A stretch of DNA of 64,000 bases from Gammaproteobacteria bacterium. Its GTDB lineage: Bacteria > Pseudomonadota > Gammaproteobacteria > Ga0077536. Both the position numbers and the translations under genes were made by a program. Under the pieces are notes generated by a model, which ran no database searches, had not been told where the DNA came from, and worked only from the letters and a program-made list of their open reading frames with translations. Below, piece by piece: positions 19,363 to 29,069 of the stretch. Position 1 is the stretch's first letter. Every line of letters starts with the position of its first letter. Location of the stretch: contig JACPPA010000027.1 in NCBI GenBank assembly GCA_016191285.1, positions 41,603-105,602 on the forward strand, in the 5' to 3' direction.

Positions 19363-21258
19363 ATGACCGAGTTCACCAATTACCCACTGCTGCAAAAGAT
19401 CGATTCGCCGCATGATCTACGCCAGCTCCCGGAATCAGCGTTAGAGCAAGTCGCTAAGGAACTACGGGCCTATTTACTGGAATCGGTGAGCAAAAGCGGC
19501 GGTCATTTTGCCGCCGGTCTCGGATCGATCGAACTTACCGTGGCATTACATTTCCTTTACGACACCCCCGAAGATCGAATCGTGTGGGATGTTGGTCATC
19601 AAGCGTATCCGCACAAGATTCTCACCGGCCGGCGCGATCGGATATCTTCGATCCGTAAATTAAATGGGCTTGCGCCGTTTCCGAAGCGCGATGAAAGCTC
19701 CTATGACACCTTCGGCGTGGGGCATTCGAGTACGTCCATCAGCGCGGCGCTCGGCATGGCCATTGCTGCCCAGCGGACGGGGAGTCACCGGCGCGCCATA
19801 GCCGTGATTGGTGACGGCGGACTGACGGCCGGCATGGCCTTCGAAGCCCTGAACCATGCCGGCGATATCGGCGCCAACCTGCTCGTGATCTTGAACGACA
19901 ACAACATGTCGATCTCGCCAAATGTCGGCGCGCTGTCGAATCGCTTTGCGCAAATATTGTCCGGCAAGTTGTACACTACGGTGCGTGAGGGCAGTAAAAA
20001 GGTGCTGTCGCAAATGCCGAGCGTGTGGGAACTCGCACGCCGTGCCGAAGAACATGTCAAGGGTCTGATTGTGCCGGGCACATTATTCGAAGAGTTCGGC
20101 TTCAATTACATTGGGCCGATTGACGGTCATCATCTGCCCACGCTGCTATCGACCTTACGCAATCTGCGTAAGCTCGAAGGGCCACAATTTCTGCACATCA
20201 TCACTAAGAAGGGCAAGGGCTACGCCCCGGCCGAAGCTGACCCAGTTAAGTATCATGGAGTTTCGCCGTTCGATCCAAAATTAGGGATTGTATCCGCGAC
20301 CAAGGTCAGCAAACCGACGTACAGCGATGTGTTCGGCGAATGGGTATGCGATATGGCCGCCATCGACGAACGTTTGGTCGCGATTACCCCAGCGATGCGC
20401 GAGGGCTCCGGGCTAGTGCGCTACGCGCGCGAATATCCCGCGCGTTATTTAGATGTCGCTATCGCAGAACAGCATGCGGTGGCGGTGGCCGCCGGGATGG
20501 CGTGCGATGGGTTAAAACCCGTAGTCGCCATCTATTCAACTTTTCTACAGCGCGCCTACGACCAGGTCGTTCACGACGTGGTGTTGCAGAAGCTGCCCGT
20601 GCTTTTCGCGCTCGACCGCGCGGGGCTGGTGGGCGCGGATGGTCCAACTCACAACGGTAGTTACGACGTGTCGTTCCTGCGCTGTCTGCCCGATCTCGTG
20701 TTAATGGCGCCCGCGGATGAAAACGAATGCCGCCAAATGTTATTTACTGGTTTTGTGCTTGGTCAGCCGGCGGCAGTGCGCTATCCGCGCGGTTCCGGCA
20801 CCGGCGTCGCGGTTGAAAAGCAGATGACCGCGCTACCCCTTGGTAAAGCGCAAATCCGGCGTCGCGGTCGCAAGCTAGCGTTGCTCGCCTTCGGCAGCAT
20901 GGTCGCGCCAGCCGAGGAGGTTGGTGAACGGATTGATGCGACGGTTGTGAACATGCGATTTATCAAACCTATTGATGAGGAGCTAATTCTCGAACTCGCA
21001 GCCAGCCACGATTTGCTGGTGACGTTGGATGAAAACGCGATCGCCGGTGGTGCTGGCGGCGCGATCGCTGAAACATTGGCAGCGCATGGCCGGGCCGTTG
21101 AACTGTTGCATATCGGGCTTCCAGATCGCGCAATCCAACACGGTTCGCGCGAGGAAATGCTAGTCGATGCTGGGCTAACGGCGATTCAGATTGAGCAAAC
21201 CTTGCGTCCGCGTTTATTGCGGCTTGATTCCCATACGCCGAGCGCTCGACTAGTCTAG
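19363..21258 (+). CDS. dxs: 1-deoxy-D-xylulose-5-phosphate synthase
   Basis: 631 aa with [35 protein letters not shown] and [18 protein letters not shown]. Confidence 0.97.
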   Translation: MTEFTNYPLLQKIDSPHDLRQLPESALEQVAKELRAYLLESVSKSGGHFAAGLGSIELTVALHFLYDTPEDRIVWDVGHQAYPHKILTGRRDRISSIRKLNGLAPFPKRDESSYDTFGVGHSSTSISAALGMAIAAQRTGSHRRAIAVIGDGGLTAGMAFEALNHAGDIGANLLVILNDNNMSISPNVGALSNRFAQILSGKLYTTVREGSKKVLSQMPSVWELARRAEEHVKGLIVPGTLFEEFGFNYIGPIDGHHLPTLLSTLRNLRKLEGPQFLHIITKKGKGYAPAEADPVKYHGVSPFDPKLGIVSATKVSKPTYSDVFGEWVCDMAAIDERLVAITPAMREGSGLVRYAREYPARYLDVAIAEQHAVAVAAGMACDGLKPVVAIYSTFLQRAYDQVVHDVVLQKLPVLFALDRAGLVGADGPTHNGSYDVSFLRCLPDLVLMAPADENECRQMLFTGFVLGQPAAVRYPRGSGTGVAVEKQMTALPLGKAQIRRRGRKLALLAFGSMVAPAEEVGERIDATVVNMRFIKPIDEELILELAASHDLLVTLDENAIAGGAGGAIAETLAAHGRAVELLHIGLPDRAIQHGSREEMLVDAGLTAIQIEQTLRPRLLRLDSHTPSARLV

Positions 21259-21303
21259 GGTGCCTCTCGAGCGACGAACTTTCATAAATCGACGCATTCT
21301 TTT

Positions 21304-21328
21304 TGTGGGAGCGGCTTTAGCCGCGAAT
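21304..21328. repeat. REP-family palindromic element
   Basis: TGTGGGAGCGGCTTTAGCCGCGAAT, between the convergent dxs and the AEP transaminase gene. Confidence 0.75.
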
Positions 21329-21362
21329 GGGAGATTTCCGTTTCGTTATTTGAGCCATCGTT

Positions 21363-22451
21363 TCAATCGGCCGTCGCGATAATTTCCTCAAACGCCGCGC
21401 ACAGCCGGCCCACATCCTGGGGGCTGATGGCACCCATCATCGAGATCCTAAAGATTCCAGCGGCGAGCGTGCTTTGACCGGCGTAGATCACAAACCCGCG
21501 CGCTTTCAGCGCGTCGTGAAATTCTCCGTAACTTAAACCTTGCGGTAATTCGAATGCGTGCAGGACGCACGAAGACGCGCCCTCGCGCAGTAGCGGACGC
21601 ACGCCAAGACGAATTAATAAATGCCGAACTTGGATGATGCGCGCGCGGTAAATATCGCGTCGCGCGTGCCAACCGCCTTCCGCTGCGAGTTCACACAAGG
21701 CAGCCGCCAGCGCATAAAAGGTTTGCACCGATTGCGTGAAGGGCGTGCCGTTTTTATCCTGGTGCTCGACATAGGTTTGCAGATCAAAATAGACGGTGCG
21801 TTTGGGTGATTGAGCCGCGGCCAGCGCGTCGCGTCGCACAATGACAAAACACGTACCAGGGACGCCATGCAGGCATTTATTGGCGGTAGCCGCCACCGCC
21901 GCGATTGGCCACTGCTCAAAATTAATTTCCTCCGCGCCAAAACTGCTGACTCCATCAAGCAGCAATTCCGCGCCGTGCTCGCGGCAAAGACTCGCCAGCG
22001 GCGCGAGATCGTTGAGCCGGCCGGTGGTCGTCTCATGATGGACCACGGCGACATGGGAAATTGCCGGATCTCCCCGCACGGTTGTTCGGATACGCGTGAG
22101 ATCAAGTTCCTCCAACCAGTCGTGGCGAAGTCGCTCGTAACGAATTGTGTGACGCTCGCAGATCGCGGCGATACGCTCGCCATAGACACCGTTTTCAAGC
22201 ACCAGGACTTTGCCGGTGCGTGGCACGAAGCTAGTCAGCATGGCTTCGACCGCGGCCGTGCCAGAGCCGGTAAGCAATACCGCCGCCCAGGCGTCCGGCG
22301 GCAACTGGTAAACCGCGAGTAGGCCGCGGCGAATTTCCGCTTGGAGATCGGCGAACTCTGGCTCGCGATGGCATAGGTCGGGGCCCAGCATCGACTCGCG
22401 AACGCGATCGGTAAGCGTAACGGGACCAGGATTGAGCAAGATGGTTTTCAC
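21363..22451 (-). CDS. phnW: 2-aminoethylphosphonate:pyruvate aminotransferase (class V)
   Basis: ILLNPGPVTLTDRVRESM, LLTGSGTAAVEAM and ATANKCLHGVPGTCFVIV motifs. GTG start in a GTGA overlap with the ppd stop. Confidence 0.8.
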   Translation of the reverse strand: MKTILLNPGPVTLTDRVRESMLGPDLCHREPEFADLQAEIRRGLLAVYQLPPDAWAAVLLTGSGTAAVEAMLTSFVPRTGKVLVLENGVYGERIAAICERHTIRYERLRHDWLEELDLTRIRTTVRGDPAISHVAVVHHETTTGRLNDLAPLASLCREHGAELLLDGVSSFGAEEINFEQWPIAAVAATANKCLHGVPGTCFVIVRRDALAAAQSPKRTVYFDLQTYVEHQDKNGTPFTQSVQTFYALAAALCELAAEGGWHARRDIYRARIIQVRHLLIRLGVRPLLREGASSCVLHAFELPQGLSYGEFHDALKARGFVIYAGQSTLAAGIFRISMMGAISPQDVGRLCAAFEEIIATAD

Positions 22452-23602
22452 AAGTTCGAGCCGAGATGGAGCCGCAAACGATCCAACACTTGCACCGGTG
22501 TGATCGCGGGTCGCGGCAAATTGTCGATCGTCCCGGTCGCGATCTTTAAATGCAGAAAATTGGGTCCGTCGCGCGTCGACGGTTTTAACACTTGGCGCAG
22601 TGCTTCGATATTGTTCCCACGAATGACTCGCGTATATCCACAGGCTTTGGCGATCTCCGCGAAATCCACATTCGCCGACACGGTCGCCTGTGCGCCGGTT
22701 GAGTCGTGCGCTTCGTTATCGAGCAGCACGTGATAAAGGTTGGTTGGCCCGTAGCTGCCCACAGTCGCGAAATTACCCATGCGCATCAACGCCGCGCCGT
22801 CGCCATCAACGACGATCACGCGCAGATCCGACCGTCGCAGCGCGAGACCTAAGCCAAGACTTGAAGCGCACCCCATCGAGCCCACCATATAAAAGTGGTT
22901 TGGGCGATCCGCTGTCGCATAGAGTTCGCGGCCGGTAAATCCGGTAGTCGCGATTACGATCGAATCGTCTTTCGCCTGGACACAGATCTCGTCCAAGACC
23001 GTAGCACGACTCAGGTATGGCGCGACCGTGGCCGGCGAACCAAGCGTCTCGATGACATGACAACGGTCGCGCGCCGCGACGCTTCGATTTTCGAGCGGAC
23101 GCGATTCAACCGCGCCTTTTTGCATGATTAATGCGTACGGCCGGCGTTCCGTCGCCATGTAGTCGGTGGCTCGCGTGAGCACCGGTTCGATTTTTTCGAT
23201 AGTGTCCGGAAAAGCCTCCGATGGGATGCGCATCGTATCGAATAGCTCGGTGGTGATTTGCCCCATCAGTTCATGTTGCGGTTCGTCAGCGACCCCGGGT
23301 GCGCCGCGATGCGTGCAGATCACCAACATCGGTATGCGAAACACATACGCCAGTGACGTGAGCGGGCTAATCGCGTTGCCGAGTCCAGAATTTTGCATCA
23401 TGGCGACACCGCGTGTGCCAGCGAGAAATGCGCCAGCAACGGTCGCGACCGCATCGCCTTCGTTGGCCGATGAAATATAGGTCAATGTCGGGGAGTCGAT
23501 CACCTGGTTGATGAATGGTGTCAGAAAAGAGCACGGCACTCCGGCATAGAATTCAAACCCGTGCGCGCGGGCCCGCGTAATGAAATCAGCGGCCTTTATC
23601 AC
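22448..23602 (-). CDS. ppd: Phosphonopyruvate decarboxylase (ThDP-dependent)
   Basis: 384 aa with GFEFYAGVPCSFLTPFIN and a ThDP motif region (VVDGDGAALMRMGNFATVG...LDNEAHDSTG). Confidence 0.85.
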   Translation of the reverse strand: MIKAADFITRARAHGFEFYAGVPCSFLTPFINQVIDSPTLTYISSANEGDAVATVAGAFLAGTRGVAMMQNSGLGNAISPLTSLAYVFRIPMLVICTHRGAPGVADEPQHELMGQITTELFDTMRIPSEAFPDTIEKIEPVLTRATDYMATERRPYALIMQKGAVESRPLENRSVAARDRCHVIETLGSPATVAPYLSRATVLDEICVQAKDDSIVIATTGFTGRELYATADRPNHFYMVGSMGCASSLGLGLALRRSDLRVIVVDGDGAALMRMGNFATVGSYGPTNLYHVLLDNEAHDSTGAQATVSANVDFAEIAKACGYTRVIRGNNIEALRQVLKPSTRDGPNFLHLKIATGTIDNLPRPAITPVQVLDRLRLHLGSNL

Positions 23603-23614
23603 TGCAACTACACG

Positions 23615-25267
23615 CTAGCCGGTGAGGCCGGCGAACGAACGCGCGGGTTCCAGATCTTTGACCGAATTAACGTCCAACCAATGACCGTGGACGTACCACA
23701 CGTGCACGGGTTTGCCATTCAGCACGAGGCTGTTTAGTAGATCCGGCATTCCCAATCGGGCGAAATCTGCGCGTAATTGCAACGCGTTCAAGATGTCCTC
23801 GAACCAGCGACGCCCTTCATTTTGAATTCGAACCATGCCAATCCAACGCCCATTGGCGCGATTTCCCGCCTGGTCCGCGGTTCTAGTCAATTGCTTCAGC
23901 GTGACTGCCTGTCCCCACATCGCGCGGTCATCGGATTCACTGCAAAATGCGAAATCACCGGTTTCGTTTGGCGCCCGGCTAACACTCGAGTCCACGACGA
24001 TGGTAATCGCGGCATCGTTTTCGATCAGATCGCGCAATATGTAGCTGCGAAACAATAGATCGCCATAGGTCACGATCATATCGTCCGCGAAGCAATGCCG
24101 AGCGCACACCAAGGAGGCCAATTCGCCCGTGGTTTCATGTTCACGGTTCATCAGCAGCCGAATACCGTTCACGTCGATACTATCGGCCTTGTAGCCGGCG
24201 ACGACGGTAATGTCGTCAACGCCACGCTTTTTGAATTTATCCACGAGATGCCGCAGCAACGGCTTACCACTGATCGGCAACATGACTTTTGGCCGATCAT
24301 CGGTCAGCGTCGAGAAACCGTCGCCGCGCGATGCCGCGAGCACAATCGCCTTACTCTCAGTCCGAGTATTCGAAAAATAGCGTTCTTCCGCGGCCTCGAG
24401 TTCATCGGCGCCTTGTAATCGAAATATCTCATCAACCGTCGCGATTCGATCTTCGATTTCGATCAGCGATTGATCAGCAAAAATCTTTGCGGCTGACTGC
24501 TGCATCGCGCTGACCGCGCTGCGAATCATGTGATTGGCCCAGATCACCAAACTAATTTGGGCGCGGCGAAAGACTTCCACCGGGGTGCTGTAGTATTTCG
24601 TCGGGACGATGACCAGCGGTGCACGATTCGACCACTCTTTGGAAAACTCAAGAATTTGATCGGGCCGCGATAGCTTGCTGTGAATCAGAATCGCGTCAGC
24701 GCCGGCGCGGCGATAGGCTTCGGCGCGGCGTAGCGCCTCGCCGATATCCCAGCCTGCGATCAGGGCCTCGACGCGGGCGATGATCGAAAAATCGGGATCG
24801 TTTTGGATGTCCTTGCCGGCTGAAATCTTGCCGCTGAATTCGTTAATGTCGGCGAGCGGTTGCCGTTCACCACCGATAAAGCTGTTGGTTTTGGGAAATA
24901 TCTTGTCTTCGATGCAAACGCCCGCGATATCGCGCTGCTCAAGTTTGCGCACCAAGCGACGCATATTGTTGAAATTGCCGTAGCCGGTGTCGCCATCGAG
25001 CAAAATGGGTACCGCGGTGACATCCGACATGAATTCGAGGTTGTCGACCACCTGAGTCCAGCTCGCCTCGTTGTTATCGCGCACGCCAAATTGCGCCGAA
25101 ATGGCGAGACCGCTCGCCCAAATGCCAGAGAACCCGGCTTCCTCCACAATTCGCGCGCTAATGCCATTGTGTGCTTCGCAAATAAATTCTAGATTCGGCG
25201 ATTGCAGCAGCGCTTTTAAGCGAGTCGCTTTACGGATTCTCGGTGAACTACTGTCAGACGCGACCAT
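23615..25267 (-). CDS. pepM: Phosphoenolpyruvate mutase fused to a C-terminal nucleotidyltransferase (PntC-like) domain
   Basis: The first ~290 aa are PepM: [56 protein letters not shown] and [13 protein letters not shown]. The C-terminal ~250 aa are nucleotidyltransferase-like: [34 protein letters not shown]. Confidence 0.85.
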   Translation of the reverse strand: MVASDSSSPRIRKATRLKALLQSPNLEFICEAHNGISARIVEEAGFSGIWASGLAISAQFGVRDNNEASWTQVVDNLEFMSDVTAVPILLDGDTGYGNFNNMRRLVRKLEQRDIAGVCIEDKIFPKTNSFIGGERQPLADINEFSGKISAGKDIQNDPDFSIIARVEALIAGWDIGEALRRAEAYRRAGADAILIHSKLSRPDQILEFSKEWSNRAPLVIVPTKYYSTPVEVFRRAQISLVIWANHMIRSAVSAMQQSAAKIFADQSLIEIEDRIATVDEIFRLQGADELEAAEERYFSNTRTESKAIVLAASRGDGFSTLTDDRPKVMLPISGKPLLRHLVDKFKKRGVDDITVVAGYKADSIDVNGIRLLMNREHETTGELASLVCARHCFADDMIVTYGDLLFRSYILRDLIENDAAITIVVDSSVSRAPNETGDFAFCSESDDRAMWGQAVTLKQLTRTADQAGNRANGRWIGMVRIQNEGRRWFEDILNALQLRADFARLGMPDLLNSLVLNGKPVHVWYVHGHWLDVNSVKDLEPARSFAGLTG

Positions 25268-26000
25268 TTTGTAGCCTCGGTAGGATTTCGTGTCGAGCGC
25301 GCTCGATATCTTCCGGAAAGTCGATTTCGAGCCAGGGCAAGCCGCTAATGTCTTCGACGCCGAGTGGCACGCCGCCGGTCATGATCAGGTCGCGTAGCGC
25401 TTCTTCATACGGTGCATCAAGCAGGTCGCGCGCGACATAGCGTTCGCATTGTGCCGCTAACGCCGCTGCCCCCAGGCGATCGAATTTAAAAAAGCCGACA
25501 GACTCACCACAGTAATCATAGGCGATTCCTGGGTCGAGCTGTTTCCTAAATTCAACGATCTTGTCGGCTCGTAGGCACAACTTAACCGGCTCGTCGCCCG
25601 GTATAAAGTCGCGATCCAATAAAAAACAATTACGATGCGCGCTGCGAATGAGTCGCGTCATGATCGCGGGGTCATACAGCACGTCGGCGTCCATCAAGAT
25701 CACGTCGTCGCCAGTGTTGAGCGCAGCGCGCACCGTCCACAAACTCACCACACTCCCGCGACGATAGTCGGCATTGCGCACCGAGCTAACGTTGCTTATC
25801 CCGCAGGCATTTACCGCGCCGATAAGTTCTTCGCCTTGATAGCCGACGCACAGGGTAATTTGGGTGATGGCGTGCGCCGCGAGGATGCGTAGGTGGCGAT
25901 GAATTAGCGACTCACCGCCAAACTCGAGTAAGGCTTTGGGTCGGGCGCCGAGCGCGCCGAGTCGATTGCCGATTCCGGCCGCTAGGATAATTGCCTGCAT
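25254..26000 (-). CDS. LicC-family nucleotidyltransferase (stand-alone, PntC/LicC-like)
   Basis: [37 protein letters not shown] carries the G-x-G-x-R-L NTP-transferase signature. The ~250-aa LicC-like architecture overlaps the pepM start by 14 nt. Confidence 0.7.
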   Translation of the reverse strand: MQAIILAAGIGNRLGALGARPKALLEFGGESLIHRHLRILAAHAITQITLCVGYQGEELIGAVNACGISNVSSVRNADYRRGSVVSLWTVRAALNTGDDVILMDADVLYDPAIMTRLIRSAHRNCFLLDRDFIPGDEPVKLCLRADKIVEFRKQLDPGIAYDYCGESVGFFKFDRLGAAALAAQCERYVARDLLDAPYEEALRDLIMTGGVPLGVEDISGLPWLEIDFPEDIERARHEILPRLQNGRV

Positions 26001-26003
26001 GGA

Positions 26004-26750
26004 TTAAGAGGCTCGTCTGCCGAAGATTTGCTTAAATCCGAAATAGGCGATCGCATCCTTCATATTTGAGACAAACCGCCGCGTTGGATTGATGTAGGTA
26101 TTGGTGAGATATTCGAGCGTTAACACCACGCGTTCTTCGCCCGCACCGAGCGCGGTCACGCGATGATAGAGTTTATCGCCATTGAACAAAACGAGCCGCC
26201 CCGGCGGCAGATCGAGGCTCAACACTTCGGTCTCTCGAATTGGATCGTTTTTATACAACTGACATTCCAAACGGCAGCTCGACTTATCGATAAGACCGAT
26301 CAACACCGTATAACGTTCGCCTTGGTAGTACGACGTATCGTAGTGATAGCCTACGTGATCTCCTTCCTCGGTGTAGTAATACAGTGCGTAGGCGTGCGGA
26401 TCGCTGTTCGGGCATACGTGCAACCGTTTTTGCGTCAGGGTTTCGAGCGTGTTGAGTAACGGCGGGGAGGCATAGAGGGCTTTAAACTCGAACGCAGCCA
26501 GATCGAGGTGAAATGCGCTGATACTGCCGCCTTTTTTGTGCCCCGGAATATAATTCCGATGGAGCTGCGGGCGGAGTTCATGGGCGCGAGTAATTAAGCG
26601 TTTCAAAACGTCGTTCGGCACGCATTGATCGATCACCACAAACTCCGCCTGGGTCGTGAACTCAGCGCGTAGGCGCTCGAGCGGTAGCCGCCGGAGGTGA
26701 TTCGCCAAGCTTGCTTCGTCGTCGCGCGTAACGCTGGCGAGGGGCGTCAT
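26004..26750 (-). CDS. Putative Fe(II)/2-oxoglutarate-dependent oxygenase-like protein
   Basis: Candidate facial triad: HxD in GYHYDTSYY plus a distal His in LVLFNGDKLYHRVT, followed by ERVVLTLEY. I prefer the ATG at 26750 because it forms an ATGA overlap with the hpnA stop. The function is not recognised beyond the fold. Confidence 0.45.
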   Translation of the reverse strand: MTPLASVTRDDEASLANHLRRLPLERLRAEFTTQAEFVVIDQCVPNDVLKRLITRAHELRPQLHRNYIPGHKKGGSISAFHLDLAAFEFKALYASPPLLNTLETLTQKRLHVCPNSDPHAYALYYYTEEGDHVGYHYDTSYYQGERYTVLIGLIDKSSCRLECQLYKNDPIRETEVLSLDLPPGRLVLFNGDKLYHRVTALGAGEERVVLTLEYLTNTYINPTRRFVSNMKDAIAYFGFKQIFGRRAS

Positions 26751-27736
26751 GATTGACCACGCGAGAACCACGCGACGGCATCGGAGATCGCGCTAGACGC
26801 GGGTCGATGGTGATAGCCCAGTTCCGACTCGGCCCGCGAGCTATCGAAAAACATGCGTTTGCGCGACATGCGCAGGCCGTCGACGGTCACCTGAGGTTCC
26901 GCGCCATCCGTTACCCATGCCCAGGCTTCGGAGAGGTAAGCAATGGGGTAAACCAGCGCGCGTGGCAGTCGAATGCGCGGCGGCGCTCGACCGCAGCATT
27001 CGGCAATGGCGGTGAGGATTTCCTTAAGACTCAAGTTCTCGCCGCCTAAAATATAGCGACGGCCAACGCTGCCGCGGTCAAACGCTAGTACGTGACCCGC
27101 GGCGACATCGTCGACATGCACAATATTGAGACCCGTATCAACATACGCCGGTATTTTATTGCGCGCGGCATCGCGAATAACGCGCCCGGTCGGCGTCGGT
27201 TTGATGTCGTAGGGTCCGATGGGAGTCGACGGATTGACGATAATGGCTGGCAGTTGGCGGGTCTGCACGAATTCGTGCACGAGCGCTTCCGCTAAAAACT
27301 TCGAACGCTTGTAATGGCCAATCATATTCGACAACTGTACCGGCGCATTTTCATCGCTTGGGCTTCCGTCGTCATGCAGACCCAAGGTTGCGACGCTGCT
27401 GGTATACACCACGCGCGTGACGCTCGCCGCGAGGGCTGCCTCCATCAAATTGCGGGTGCCGTCAACATTGCTTGCGTACAAATCGTTGGGATTGCGCGTC
27501 CACAAACGGTAGTCGGCGGCGACGTGAAACACCGCCTCGACGCCCCTGCAGGCGTCACGTAGCGAGGCCGGGTTACGCAGGTCGCCGTCCACGCATTCGA
27601 TGGCCAAGCCGCTGAGGTTGCGCCGATCGCTCCCGGGGCGCGCAATGACGCGGACCGCGTCGCCCCTGGACAATAATTGACGCACAACTGCGCTCCCAAC
27701 GAAGCCAGTGGCGCCCGTGACAAGACAGTGGGTCAA
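26747..27736 (-). CDS. hpnA: Hopanoid-associated NAD-dependent sugar epimerase/dehydratase HpnA
   Basis: The Rossmann motif VTGATGFVGSAV follows directly after the TTG at 27736, which forms a TTGA overlap with the upstream stop. SDR-type YxxxK is present (YKRSK). The track's longer ORF to 27820 overlaps the preceding gene. Confidence 0.8.
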   Translation of the reverse strand: MTHCLVTGATGFVGSAVVRQLLSRGDAVRVIARPGSDRRNLSGLAIECVDGDLRNPASLRDACRGVEAVFHVAADYRLWTRNPNDLYASNVDGTRNLMEAALAASVTRVVYTSSVATLGLHDDGSPSDENAPVQLSNMIGHYKRSKFLAEALVHEFVQTRQLPAIIVNPSTPIGPYDIKPTPTGRVIRDAARNKIPAYVDTGLNIVHVDDVAAGHVLAFDRGSVGRRYILGGENLSLKEILTAIAECCGRAPPRIRLPRALVYPIAYLSEAWAWVTDGAEPQVTVDGLRMSRKRMFFDSSRAESELGYHHRPASSAISDAVAWFSRGQS

Positions 27737-28329
27737 ACGCGTTTTTCGAGCGCGATGTATTGCGCTGCACTGGCCGCGAGAGCAATGGGCGCCCCAATCG
27801 CGGCGGCAATCAAGAACCACTCCAAGCCATTGGCCAGCGTCACCAACGGCAAACCGTAAAGGATGTCCTCCGCTTCAACTCCGCCGAGTTTCGGTTGCGC
27901 CGTCGCCGCCTTGCCGTATTGTCGCTCAACGTTGTTACGTAGTTGAAAAATCCCTGCGACCGAAATTCCGGCCAGCGCACCTAACCATAACGCGCCCGAG
28001 CCGAGTGACGTGGCGAGACCAATCCCGATGCAAAAAAAAAGTCCAACCGTGACCAGGCCGTCTGCCGCCAAATCGTAATTATGGCCGAATTTACTTGCTT
28101 GGCCGCTAAGCCGTGCCAGCTCGCCGTCGGTGTGGTCAAGGAAATTTGAAACGACGATGATCAAAGCCGCGATATCGTCGGCGCCGCCCTGCGCAAATAG
28201 CGCCGCGCCAATAACGCCCACGATTAGACGTAACGTGGTTAAATGGTTGGGCGTGACACCGCTACCACGGAGCGGAGCGACGACGATCGCGGCTAACCGT
28301 GCATCCCAAGGTTTGTAGCTTTGCGCCAT
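27733..28329 (-). CDS. CDP-alcohol phosphatidyltransferase-family membrane protein
   Basis: 198 aa, multi-TM. The family motif D-G-x2-A-R-x8-G-x3-D-x3-D appears as DHTDGELARLSGQASKFGHNYDLAAD. Confidence 0.8.
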   Translation of the reverse strand: MAQSYKPWDARLAAIVVAPLRGSGVTPNHLTTLRLIVGVIGAALFAQGGADDIAALIIVVSNFLDHTDGELARLSGQASKFGHNYDLAADGLVTVGLFFCIGIGLATSLGSGALWLGALAGISVAGIFQLRNNVERQYGKAATAQPKLGGVEAEDILYGLPLVTLANGLEWFLIAAAIGAPIALAASAAQYIALEKRV

Positions 28330-28331
28330 GG

Positions 28332-29069
28332 CTAGGCGGATTTCGTCAGTGAGGGGTGGCTATATTCGCATGGCAGCGCGGCGGCGGCACGCTTGAGGTG
28401 CTTTAATGCTGAACCGTATTGCAGCCCCAAACGTAGCAACGCGAGTAACTCCCACGGCCGCCGACCACTCGCCACGACCACTCGCCACGCCGAATGATTG
28501 GAAGGGCCGAGCGCCACCAATGCCGTGGCCGTGAGTGATGTCGTCGCCGGATCCGAAATCACGCGGAGTCCGGCGAAACCCAGACCATGGGTGCGGGCGA
28601 CAGCGGCGATCGCCGCTGATTCCATATCTACGGCCGCGCATCGGTAACGCCGGTTTAACCCTGCCTTTTCGTGCGGCATCGTGACCGGCGCCGAAACAGA
28701 GAGTCCGATGCGTTGGCGGACATTTAGATGGTTTAAGCGGGTCATGGTTTGCTCGATCCAGCGGGGATCGCAGCGATACTCGGTTTCGGTCGCGGCATCG
28801 ATCACAGAGGTATACAGAATCAAATTACCCGCCTGCAATTCAGCTTCAAGCCCACCGGCGACACCCCACGACACGAGTAGCTCAGCACCTTGCGCGACTA
28901 ATGTATTCGCAGCGGCAGTTGCGGCGGCTGATCCAATCCCACCGCACGCCACTCGCGGCCATTCGGCAACCGATCGCGCGCGCCGGCCGAGTGTCGCGGC
29001 CTCGGCGGGCATGGCGGTCACGAAGCCTATCCGCTGAAGGCGTGCGCGGTGCTCGTCGTTTGCGATCAT
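28332..29069 (-). CDS. hpnG: Hopanoid-associated nucleosidase/phosphorylase HpnG (PNP/UDP family)
   Basis: 245 aa with IGFVTAMPAEAATL, WGVAGGL and AVDMESAAIA. ATGA overlap with the sqs stop. Confidence 0.8.
   Translation of the reverse strand: MIANDEHRARLQRIGFVTAMPAEAATLGRRARSVAEWPRVACGGIGSAAATAAANTLVAQGAELLVSWGVAGGLEAELQAGNLILYTSVIDAATETEYRCDPRWIEQTMTRLNHLNVRQRIGLSVSAPVTMPHEKAGLNRRYRCAAVDMESAAIAAVARTHGLGFAGLRVISDPATTSLTATALVALGPSNHSAWRVVVASGRRPWELLALLRLGLQYGSALKHLKRAAAALPCEYSHPSLTKSA

Noticed and set aside
27737-27820. Longer hpnA ORF starting at 27820
   Set aside because: It would overlap the CDP-alcohol transferase gene by 88 nt. The Rossmann GxxGxxG motif follows directly after the TTG at 27736, which forms a TTGA coupling overlap.
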